From: Macrostomum lignano
Taxonomy: Eukaryota
Length of the DNA stretch: 64,000 nucleotides
Assembly (NCBI GenBank): GCA_002269645.1
Contig: NIVC01000554.1
Location: forward strand, 1 to 64,000
Reading direction: 5' to 3'
In this document: positions 14,529 to 25,679 of the stretch, piece after piece
Numbering within the stretch: position 1 is the first letter of the stretch
Layout of the letters: every line of letters starts with the position of its first letter
Position numbers and translations under genes: made by a program
The notes under the pieces: generated by a model
The model's input: only the letters and a program-made list of their open reading frames with translations
Told to the model about the DNA's origin: nothing
Databases searched by the model: none

Positions 14529-15384
14529 TGCTTTCAGTAAGAAGTTCGGAAGAAGCTCTCAGGAAGCGGAATCTGGGTGCTGTTTTCAAATATCGAAGTC
14601 TGAATTGAGTTTCGGGAAATTTTTCTGCGTTTTTTATAGAATTTAGTTTATTGTCCAGTCAACGCATACAGGAAGAAGTCTGACCGAACAGCAAGAAGAA
14701 GATTGAAGAGAAATTTTGAAGACTTCGAGTAATCCTGAGCTTTTATCTGCTATCTGCTCGACTTTCTTAGGATTCGGCTGTGAGGGGGGGTTTAGGAGAA
14801 GAGAGGAAGGGAGAAACGGCAGAAATAGAGGCAGCAGATTAGCGCGCACAGGGCAAGGCTAAAGGAGCTGGGGGGGGGAGCCAGTAGGGGTGGGCGGTCG
14901 CAGTTGGCGGGGAGAGCAGCAGAGGCAGGAAAGAGAGGCCAGGCAGGTAGGCTGTTGGAGGGAAGGGGAATTGCTTGCTTTAGCCCTGAGGCAAAATGGA
15001 GACAGCACAGGCTGTGAGCACTGGCGCACAACAGACACACACTCACCTGAGCGCCCTGATTCCAATGCTGCCCTGATCGCCTCGCTGCATGCGAAGAGTT
15101 GCTCAGAAACGCAGGCGGCTTACAGGCCCTCCCTCAACACCATGGCCTTTCCTAACCCTTCTCCGTGCCTCTCTTCCTCTCCCCCTCTCTGTCTCCCCCT
15201 TGTTCGCTTCCTGTTCGACTCTGCGACAAGCTTCTTCTTTCTGGATGCGCAAATTGCACTGAATTTTCTAAATTTACCCTGCAGAAGGCATTTTTATTAA
15301 AACCCGTCAGTATTTATAAATTATTAAAACTGGTAATTCAGTTTGCGAATTCTGCGTACAATCAGTGTTCAGTCTTCAATATAC

Positions 15385-15655
15385 TGCTCTTCTCTCTCTC
15401 TCTCTACCTCTATTCGCTCTCCCCTACCGGTCTCCTCTCTCCTCTACCTCTACCGTTCTCTCCTCTAACTCTACTGCTCTCCTCTGCCTCTACCGCTCTC
15501 TTCTCTACCTCTACCTCTACCGCTCTCTTCTCTACCTCAACCGCTCTCCTCTGCCTCTACCGCTCTCCTCTCTACCTCTACCGCTCTCTCCTCTAACTCT
15601 ACCGCTCTTCTCTACCTCTACCGCTCTCTCCTCTCCTTGTACCGCTCTCCTCCAT
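15385..15655. repeat. CT-rich degenerate repeat (ctctaccgctct-like)
   Basis: Direct reading. Confidence 0.85.
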
Positions 15656-15821
15656 ATTGTTCAACTTCTTACTGTGTACTAAAGAATTAAGTATGAAATA
15701 CGTAGGGAGATTCGTAAGCTCTCACGTGAAACGATTCTATTGAAAAGTGATTTACAATTATATCCATTCAATCAGAATATTATAATGAGCAGTAAAAAGA
15801 GCGTTTTGACTGTGAACAAGT

Positions 15822-16491
15822 TCAATCGAACTGCAAAGTCAATTGCACAGACACCCAGTTGGACTCGCAGCATGCCGTTAAATCATTCAAATTAACGACC
15901 TCGACGCCTCGACTCATCACGGAGCAGTCGTTTTGATTTATTGGCTCCCGATCGAACACGATTTTCTCGCTAATGAAAGACGTCATCGGCTGCGAGTCGA
16001 CGCTGACGCCTGTCGTCCAGCTGGCCAGCAGCGGGCGGTGGATCGGCGTCCCATTCGACGAGAGCAGCACGAGAAACGCCCGGACTTGAGGCTCCGACGA
16101 TGAAGATGCGACGCAGCGTAGCCGCAACCGCATTGTCAGTCCGGAAAATGTGAAAGCCTCCGATTTGTAATCGAAGCTGGAGCGTTTTCTCAGTAGCTCG
16201 TCAGTGCTCACCTGCACCGATTGTGTGCAGGTGATAGTTGCAGAACAGGCGTCGTTGCTGGAGATCACTTCGACCACAGCTCCGTCTGTTCGATCTTGAT
16301 CACTGTTGCATGTCACTAGTCTCACCATTTTCTGCAGGGTCGCGCAATTGAAGATGAGTGCTTGGAACTAAGAAAAGAGATTTGCTTGACATAAAACCAG
16401 TTGCAATGTTTTCCACTGAAATTCCCGTGGGTTAGCCACAACTAACTTTACGGGCTTTCCACGGAATTACCGTGGCAAGGACAAGTTTCAT
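15822..16491 (-). CDS. Orphan stand-alone MATH/TRAF-fold-like protein; complement join(16471..16491,15822..16367), ~188 aa
   Basis: Main exon preceded by tctcttttcttag acceptor in phase 0. Candidate first exon ATGAAACTTGTCCTTGCCACG|gtaatt. Strand pattern YKSEAFTFSGLTMRLRL / VRAFLVLL / VVNLNDL / WVSVQLTLQF resembles the MATH domain. Confidence 0.6.
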
Positions 16492-16928
16492 TCAGCCAAG
16501 GTACACTACACAACCGATTCTAAAAATAGACCAAGATGGCTAAGGCTTGAAAAAAAAGAAGCAGAAAGACTGCTGAATAGAGATAGAGCTAGTGCAACAA
16601 ATATGCTGTGCGTGTGCGTTTGTCACGAAGACTGGTTTAGCTAGCTAGTACGAGCGTTACAGCGATAGCTCAGAGTCTCCATCAGGATTCAAGTGACCTG
16701 CTCAGATAGTTTATTTAGATTGTCATTGGTTAGATGAAGCAAATATTTCAACGGTACGAGTACATAAAACGCATAATTCCACAGTTACACAAAAAGAGTA
16801 TTTACTATATGAAATAGAATGCATTGTTGATGATTTGATTTGAGAGCCCTTTATACTGTTCTAATATTATCTCCTCTTCCCATTACTTTCCCTATGTTTG
16901 CCTAACTATCCAGGCCCTATTTTTTCTC

Positions 16929-16950
16929 GATGACTCATCGGATGACTCAT
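16929..16950. promoter_or_regulatory. Tandem pair of AP-1/GCN4-type palindromes (ATGACTCAT x2)
   Basis: gatgactcatcggatgactcatc lies ~440 bp upstream of the MATH-like gene start; function is inferred only. Confidence 0.3.
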
Positions 16951-17612
16951 CCCTACGCCTATCCCATATTATTCGCCAAATCGCGTTACGGCTATGCAGG
17001 CGACGTTACAAAGTTGGTTGGCAGTTCAAGGTCCTGTGCATCACGAGTCACGCGCATGGAGCGTGATTAAATTTCCACATAAAGAACCTAATTTTTTCCG
17101 CTATTTGAATAGCTTTTATTCCTCCTCCATCTGATTTTAACGCTGTCTCATTTTAGAATTAAAACCCTGGGAATTAACGAATAGCAACGCTCTGAGGATA
17201 ACGCGTTCTAGGTCAAAAGAGTTCATCTAAGCACAGATCGAGCCTTAGATTCTCAGGTGTACTTTTACGCAGGTGACTGGTGGCGAACAAGGACTACTAC
17301 AGCGTAATCTTCTAGTGGTCCTTGTGGCGGCCAGGCCTTTGGTGTGTACCTATAAAACATCCTGGAGCTGCTAGTTAAGTTCGAAGGGCTTTGAGCTACC
17401 AAATATCAAACGAGGGAAACAGTTCAAGAGAGTGGGGCCTGGAAGTAATGCTTTTCGGCGACAGAGCCCCGGAGTTGGTACGCACGAGTCGCACGACCAA
17501 GTTACATCATAATCCCTTTCTACACTTGTACACTAAACATACAAGCTAAGTATTGGAACCTAGACCTCCTTAATCTTTGAAAGTGTAAAAATACGCTCGC
17601 ACTGCTCATTAT

Positions 17613-20600
17613 TCATTGAGACTCAAAGCAGGTCTGCGCTAGTCTTGCCAGCTCATTCGAGTCCGAAGTGTACCGCAACACCCGAACTTGAGGCGCCACC
17701 GATGCTATGGAGAATCGAACCGCCGCCGCAGCGGGTACAGCGCTGTCGCTATGGTAACCAAGGTGCAGAAATCTGTGCACAGCCAGAGTGGCATTGGTGA
17801 GCCAGCGGTGCAGGCTCTGACCGAAGCCGGTCTTCTGCAGGCTGCGACAGGCCGACAGCTGCAGTTGAATCTGGCGCTGCAGCCGTCTGTGAGCGGACAT
17901 GCGGATCCAGCGCTCTGCAAGATTGGCGTTACAAATCGGGAATGAGCGAAAAGGAAAAAATGAGAGCCTTAGATCGAAGTTACTGCATATGAAGTCTTAA
18001 CATGAAATATAGCATCATTCATGCGAAGTGATAAAAGTTTCTGAGCTATTCTAGGCAGGAACTCTGATTAATTTCCCTTAATCCTTCTCAGCAATACCCC
18101 TTATGCCTTCTGAGAAAAATCTGAACAATACCCCTTGAGAAATCTAAGCAATCCCTTGATTCCACCCGAAGGCTTCCATTGAACAAGATGAGCAATTCCC
18201 CTGAGCTACTTGAGCAATTCTCCCTGAGCCACCTGACAAATTCCCCCTGAGCTACCTAACAAACCCCCCACCCTGAGCTACCTGACAAATTCCCCTTGAG
18301 CCACCTGAAAAATTCCCCTTGAGCTACCTGACAAATTCCCCTTGAGCTACCTGACAAATTCCTCCTGAGCTACCTGACCAATTCCCCCTGAGCTACCTAA
18401 CGAATTCCCCCTGAGCCACCTGACAAATTCCCTCCGGTGAGTTCCATGCACCGGATTAATAGGAGTAAAGCGAAGCGCCGCCCACAGGTAGGCGGATAAA
18501 TAGAAGAAGGAAATCGAGGATTTGGATTTCACATCCCGCTCCACAATCTACCTGCTGAATATTCTTATAACTGGGATCTAAAAGCTGCTTAAGATTAAAT
18601 TAAGCTTATCTCCGGGTATTAATTTTCGCGCTCAGAGATTCGTGTAAAAGATAAAGGTGAAAAATTCCAATTTAAAGATGCTGACAAAAGATAGCCTTGT
18701 ATTCTTCAAAATCACGCTATTGAATTGCAGTTTAGTTTTAAAAGCAGGCCTCGAATCAACTTGGGCATTCCAAAAGTAGAGTTTCTATTAAATGCTATAG
18801 ATACTACTTACTGCAGTTCTGAGCCATTTTTTTCGGCTGATCAATGAGCGGCGAGCAGATCTCAGGTGACAGAGCTCTCAGGCCTTTGCGCCTCTCTGGT
18901 GACTGCTTACGAACAAAGTTTCTGAACAGCTCGGTTAGGAATAGGGGTCCGGTGGATCTCAGTATGTCGGTGACTGAAATTGCAACGAGAAGTTTAACGA
19001 GCTTGTAAAACTAAAGTTTAAAGGAACTCATGTCATGTATAGTCAATCAAGAGGGTGATTCCATTAAAAATCCAGCACGAGCGAGCGAGCGAAACTTGAC
19101 TGACAAAAACTACGATGCCTAAACGTCCAAATTGTTAAATCAGATTTCATTTTCTTTTGATGTTAACTCGCGGCAGTTATTTATATATCCATAATTGTAC
19201 ATTTAGGTAGCTGAAAGTGGTACTGTGTTAGTAGATTTCTTATATTTCTATAGCTGTGATGGCAGCTGAGTTTTTACCAAAAAAACTGGCCCCGTTCTCT
19301 AGGTAAAGTGCATCAGTTTTTTGAGACAGAGTTAAGGCTACTCATATAGCACTTGATTGACTAGCCAGAGAGAGGCAAAAATAATGCAAGAGCAGACAGA
19401 AAGCTAAAGAGAGCAGCCATTAGCATAAGAGGGACAGCCGAAGTGGAAAGACATTATAACGCTCTCGAATCGTTCGATTTTCACTAAAGACCGGCATTTA
19501 CTCTCATCTGCTTTAGTAAGATACGATGTTTTCCGCTTTTTCTCCAGCACCAATTCAACTATATCTTATATCCTGATCATTCGAATTAAAAATTGAGCAA
19601 GAATATGCTTCTTTCAGAGAATGCTTCATAGTTTTAATCTGCAGAAATGTTACAGGAACATGTAGAATTTAGAAATGATACATGAGACCGGCAGACAAAA
19701 GATTCATGTCCCTGGTGCTGAAGCCCCTGGTGCTAAAGCCCCCTGGTGCTAAAGCCCCCTGGTGCTAAAGCCCCTGGTGCTAAAGCCCCTGGTGCTAAAG
19801 CCCCTGGTGCTAAAGCCCCTGGTGCTAGCGCCCCTGGTGCTGGCGACCCTGGTGCTAAAGCCCCTGGTGCTAAAGCCCCTGGTGCTAAAGCCCCTGGTGC
19901 TAGCGCCCCTGGTGCTAGCGCCCCTGGTGCTGGCGACCCTGGTGCTAAAGCCCCTGGTGCTAAAGCCCCTGGTGCTAAAGCCCCTGGTGCTAAAGCCCCT
20001 GGTGCTAAAGCCCCTGGTGCTAAAGCCCCTGGTGCTAAAGCCCCTGGTGCTAAAGCCCCTGGTGCTAAAAGCCTGGTGCTAAAGCCCCTGGTGCTAAAGC
20101 CCCTGGTGCTAAAGCCCCTGGTGCTAAAGCCCCTGGTGCTAAAGCCCCTGGTGCTAAAGCCCCTTTTGGTGCTTCAGTTGATCATGGATCTTTTTCTAGT
20201 CGGGGTTTTCTCGACTGCAGAGTTGCGTCGATGATAGTGAATAAAATGAGCCATTCTACGACTCAAAATTCGAACTTACTAATGAGCTCAGAAATCTCTT
20301 TAGAATATATTTCTAAAGCTTCAGAGCAAATGATGAGCAATTAGTTAAGCAATTGAACAATTGAAGGAGAAATGGAACTGACTTTTTCTACTTTACTTTA
20401 CTTACTTTACAGGACTGGCTCAGAAACGTACTCTTACGTTTGCTTCGACATGTCCAGAAAGTAACAACAGGTTGTCAATACTGTTAGAAACTGATCAAAG
20501 TAATAAAAACCTTTACAAAACCTGAACTGGTTTTGACGCCCCATTTATGTTGCTTGGTTACAGGTATAATATGCAACTGGACGCACAGCGTGATTTCAAA

Positions 20601-22365
20601 TATTTTTGTTTTTCTTGTTCTTGAAATTATTTATAGACCTGAAGAACGATTATCACTTGTCTTTTTGAATATTTAATGTGTTTCTATTTATCCATAAATG
20701 AATGTTTCATTTGTTGTAAACAAAGGGGTTGTAAGCCTAGAGGTTAGAGCGTCGGACTCAGGACTGGAGGTTCGTGGGCTTGATTCTCGACCTACTCGAA
20801 ACAATTTGTGTCCAAGAACCACTAGGAACGCGTCGTCTAGTATAGTCTAGTTGTAATTCTGCATTGCTTTAGTTCCCCCAGCTGTAAAATGGGTGCCAGC
20901 ATTAGCTGAGGTAATTGAGGGTGTGTGTGGCGATCCCCAGTCCGTGGACTGATGTGCAGAACAGCCGTACGCAGCCTTCCCTTCAAATGCGCCGCGCAAC
21001 AGCTGCAGCTGAGCTGTCGGTTGCACCTCCACATCTGCCTACATTTACTCGTACATCTGCCCAAAAGAAAGCGCATTTATACATGTACAGTTAACCTGAT
21101 CATCCATAACTCACGGCGTCTCGAGTCGTGCAGATTTTGAATGAGCACCCGCATGAAGGGGTGCCGCCGGCTGCAGCCCATCACCGAGTTCATTATAGAG
21201 TTAGCCTGGCTGTGCAGAATCTGGCTCTGCTCAACTCGCTCCTGATCGAAGAAGCAAGTCTCATTAATGGCCAGACCGGTGAACGGTTTCAAGCACTGGA
21301 CATCCATGTCCGCGTAGATTCCTGCCAGAGCCATGTATTGGTTGGACGAGATATACTCGTTCATTGAGAGGCATCGTTAATGACTGAGAAGAGAACGTAT
21401 GTAAGAACTCGATAAATTGCTACACGGGATAGCAAACTACGCTCGTAGTTGCAACAAAAACAACAACAGAATACGCAGTTAGCGTCACAGGGCGCGCTTC
21501 AAGGCCAGATCGCGAATGAACGCCATGCCGTCGGCCAAAACTGGAGCGCCGGCGTCAGCCAGCAGGCAGTCGACAAAACGCCGAGTGCGCGCCTGCCCCC
21601 GCCGGTAGGGTGCCTACACCTCGCGCCCTGGTGCTAAAGCCCCTGGTGCTAAAGCCCCTTCAAGGGCGCCAGGTAGTTGCAACTGACCCAAGCTTTCAAG
21701 CTCGGGGTCCCAACCTCCATCTTGTATCCCAAATCCTCTGCTTAACTTGCTCGGCTAGCAACACCTCTAGGAATCCTAATTTGTTCTACTCTAAGTCTAT
21801 GTCAATTACCTCCATAGTGATGCAAAATGAAGTACCGCAGGGCGTCCGATCTTTGCAGTGGTTGTTTGTACCGGCTATACATATCCAGGTACTGGGGGTA
21901 GTTGTCCCGCATAAAGGCGGTCGCATCTGCATCCGTCCACAACACATAGCTGAAGCCGCCCAGCGCAGTATTGATCAGCAGGCAAGGAATCACTGCGAAC
22001 CGGTACGCTACGGGAATGTCAGCTGTTGAATAGATCTGGTGCAGCAGCGGTGAGATTCGTCCGTCGCAGTTCTTCGAGCGTAGAAGGCTTCGCTTCGATG
22101 AATTCTGCATCGACAGGAGAGTAAGCGAAGTGCTAAGGCGATGCCGTATGGCCTTCTCGACTTCCGCGTCAAGCATGAACTCTGCAGGTAGCCGCCGAGA
22201 CTCGCTGGCTATTTGATCAATAATCGACCACGGCTCCAGCATTCTGATCAGTTGGTCCCGTCTTGAAGCTTGACGCAATTCAAGCAGCAGCAGCAGCAGC
22301 AGCAGGAGCAGAAGCAGAACAGTCAGTGGCCGGTTCCGGTACAGCCGAACTGATAGCAGTCGCAT
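17613..22365 (-). CDS. GT32 / DXD-motif glycosyltransferase (SUR1/CSH1/OCH1-like), type II membrane; complement join(21810..22365,21115..21321,18812..18973,17613..17914), ~408 aa
   Basis: N-terminal poly-Leu anchor; motifs [28 protein letters not shown]|[27 protein letters not shown] and C-terminal [10 protein letters not shown]. All three introns are GT-AG, phase 1. Confidence 0.9.
18170..18435. repeat. 22-23-bp minisatellite (cccctgagctacctgacaaatt) in GT32 intron 3
   Basis: Direct reading; degenerate toward the left end. Confidence 0.9.
19710..20165. repeat. 15-bp minisatellite (aagcccctggtgcta) x~30 in GT32 intron 2
   Basis: Direct reading; a 2-3 copy seed of the same unit occurs at ~21625-21660. 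Confidence 0.96.
20726..20802 (+). mobile_element. Degenerate tRNA-derived SINE head or tRNA pseudogene
   Basis: gcctagaggttagagcgtcggactc...ggaggttcgtgggcttgattctcg resembles Pol III A-box and B-box of tRNA-derived SINEs; no intact cloverleaf. Confidence 0.55.
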
Positions 22366-23372
22366 TCAACAGTGCGATCGCCCCCTACTAGAAGAGGAAA
22401 AATACCACGATAGCTAATTGGAAAGCTGCAGTGCAATTGAGATGCTGAGTGTCGAAGGAAAGCGGCTACAGTTCTGCGGTACTTATACCCAAGGCAGCGA
22501 TAGGCTGATGAGGAACAATGAACAGTTGAGTCTGCAGAGCTGAGCTGGGAAGGCTTGGCATTGCAGTGCTGGGGCTAAAGCAGCTCACTCAGTCGCTGGA
22601 GTGGAGGCCGATGGGTGAGCTGCCTGACAATCGGATGTGCGGAAGCAGACGATCGCTGATTCCACACGAGTTTGTCAGGAGGCTTGGTGATGCGACTGAC
22701 AAAATCCAGGGATGAAGCCGAAGGAAAATGGGCTGCTTCAAAAAAGTTGAAATTGTCGAGAATAGAACAAGAAATAAATAAGCTGCAGTCTATTTATAGT
22801 ACTTGAGCCTAAAACTTTTGAATGGTAGGTCAGAATCCTATTATTCTAGAAAGCCTCCGGTTGCGAGCGTTACAGCCTTGTTGGAATAAAAACAGCCAAG
22901 TGATCTGCACTTTTTCTTTTGTTCTATTTTAAGACCTTCAAGACAGTCAGTATTCAAACGTGTTTAAACCAAGCACCCTACTTCGGTACGTCTAATTAGT
23001 TTGGAGAGTTAGTTAGAATCCTTAGTCGACAGATGGCTCATTAATTGCAACAGCCATGGGAGGAAGCAAAGTTTTCACCAGATAGCGTATTGCGACACGC
23101 CTGTAAGTTGAATTGAACTTCAATACTTTAAAAGCTTCCAAGTGGAAGATATTTCCCATAGTCTTGTCATATAGTATAGATGCTGATGAAAACTTTTAAT
23201 CATTGTATAATTTTTATTCGATCGCTAAGCAGCTCGTGCTTCAGATGAGTTATTCTATGGTAGTGTTCGCCCTCCCGTGCATTGGCATTCAAATTTCAGT
23301 GTCAAGAATGAGATGAAATATCTATACTCAGCCTCAAACGGTTCTTTCGTATAATATTTATCGAAGGTCCAA

Positions 23373-25679
23373 ATGCGCAAATCGGCTGCGGCAACCGCGG
23401 TGGATGATCCGCTGCGCATTCGCGACATGAAAGTGCCAGCCTCAGTTTACAACACCAGTCGTAGATTAGTAGCAAGTTCAGGTGACTCGGCCGCTAGTGG
23501 CAGCACGCAGAAGCTTCAACTGACGCTCGGCAGAGTCACTGGTGGCAGCGGCAGCCGTGGTGCGCAACTGCGTCGGCGGCGGACTGCCCTGACTGGGGAC
23601 GCCGATGTTGGCCGTCGGCTTCGTTCGCTGTCTGCCGAGGAGCGGCGCATCATGGAACGCATTCAACAGGGCGACTCAGCCGGCCGAGCCGACTCTGGAG
23701 GAGACGGGGGCGAGTCAATTGCCTATCAGGTTTGCGCCTCCTAATTGATGCCAAATAGTTTCTATGCTAATGATGTAGGCTTTAATGTCCAGTTGCCTCA
23801 CCGAGACATTTCTGTCGGGACCACAAATCCTTATGCCGTCAGCTATGTGAGCAAAAGTCAAGATTGTAGAATTTTTGTATATCTACACTCACAGATCCAT
23901 GGAACTCATCCGCATACATAGCACTCGACACGTATTCCCCACCATCAAGTGAGTACATTCTAGCTTGTGTGGTGTGTGCTGATCGCGCGGCTTTTACACA
24001 TTTTTAAAAACTTCAAAACTAATCAACCGGCTGAAATTAAAGATTTGTTAGCTTTCACTAATATAATTACATACACATCGATGAAAAGTCAAGTGAATCC
24101 GATGTCTAATCTAAAATGCAGGACCTGTGCAAAAATGTGCGCCTGACTTTCACCGGCAATCAGGCAATCTCCTGCAGCAAGTTGGCCGCCAATCAGGCTA
24201 GAACTATGCGCCTCCTGGAAACGGCAAAGCGACCGCCGCAGCCGCAGCCGCTGCCTCGCCGGGTTGGCGGTGAATCATCCAGACTGCGCGGCAGTGCGCG
24301 GTCTGCCGTTATGAGCGGACCTACAGCTCGGGGCCGTTCACGAGGCGGCGGCCGCTTGAGCAGTGGATATCCGCACTCTACAAGTCTGTCGTGAGTTGCA
24401 AGATTGCATTTAGCATTTTTCTAGTAATCTGAATGCAATGGCTTTCTCGGGTTGGTCTCGATGCTCAAATAAAGAGAATACCCGTCTGTGACCACTCTAG
24501 AAGAGTATAACACGCAAGCACTTCCATATGTAAGAACCGCTAGGTCAGTCGGCAGAACAACTGTGACAACTTGTTTGATGAATTTAAGATTTCTCTATCT
24601 CGAACTTAATTTGAGGACATTGATACACCCGGCAATCGTGAAGGACAGTTGATACCTTAACTGTACGACCTTTAGATGACAGATGCTCCTTGACTGATAG
24701 AATTCCGTGGGGTTATTTTCAAATGTGCGGGTGGACATGCCAAAAACGTGACAACCTTATTACGCTAGAGGCATAAAATAAATGGCAATTAGCGAGTCTA
24801 AGAGCCGATTTTATCTGTGATGGCGCAGACATATTTTAATTGGCCTCTTAAGAACGGTTAAAAAGATGTCTGCATTTTTTCGGAAGTATTCAATGCACAC
24901 AACCTATTTTACATGAAGCATTCAATATTAAAATGTTATTTATTAAGTTACTAGCAGGCAGACTCAGTGTCAATCATGAATGCGCGCATACTCAACCATT
25001 AATAAAAATTGGCAGTCGTCGGAATCGCACTGCTGGCAAGCAGAGCCAACCGAAGCACGAGCAGAGGAACCAGCAGCTGCACAGCCAGCAGCAGAGCATG
25101 TACACGAGCGACGTCAGTGTTGTGAAGGAACTGAACAGCAGCAGCGCGTCCGACTACGGCGACGGCGTCGTAAGTGGACCCGGCAGCGGTGTCGGCGGCA
25201 GCGGTAGGGCGAGAGACAGCAGCGACGGTCACGACTACTCAATGACTAGTCCCGGCTGCTCACCGTCGACAATCCGTCAATTGGAGCGCCGGCTGAGCGC
25301 TCTGGATCTACGCGGCGCCAATCCGCAAACGGCCGAGGCAGTTGCGTCGCTAAACTCTTGGGTCTGCGCCGGTGCCAGCCTGTTGCGGCATATTTCCGCT
25401 GCGCGAGAGGCTGCGGCGCCGCGCCAACTGCAGCTGCAGAAGCAGCAGCGGGAGCAGCAGATTCGCCAGCTTAACGCCGAGCTGGAGACTCGTCAGCGAC
25501 TCGAGGACGGCTGGGACCCGGCTGAGATCAACGTTGGAAGGCTGATTCGAAGAAGACACCTGGATGCGCTCCTTAGCAACAGCGCTGGTGGCAGCGCCTC
25601 AGAAGATGCCGTTGCGGGCGGCGCTGATGGCGATGTTCAGTTTTATAATCGAGGCCAGGAGGACGACTTATTTGAGTAG
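23373..25679 (+). CDS. Orphan low-complexity protein; join(23373..23729,23793..23846,24122..24390,25016..25679), ~447 aa, C-terminal coiled-coil-like segment
   Basis: GC-rich ORF blocks bounded by canonical junctions with compatible phases 0,0,2; no recognisable domain. Confidence 0.6.

Noticed and set aside
19746-20234. Collagen/elastin-like PGAKA ORF
   Set aside because: 15-bp intronic minisatellite on the strand opposite the host gene, with no splice or start context.
20726-20802. Functional tRNA gene
   Set aside because: Degenerate B-box and no complete cloverleaf or acceptor stem.
20837-21076. ORFs after a short-intron-like acceptor in GT32 intron 2
   Set aside because: No frame gives GT32-like sequence; the conserved STGP exon lies at 18812-18973.
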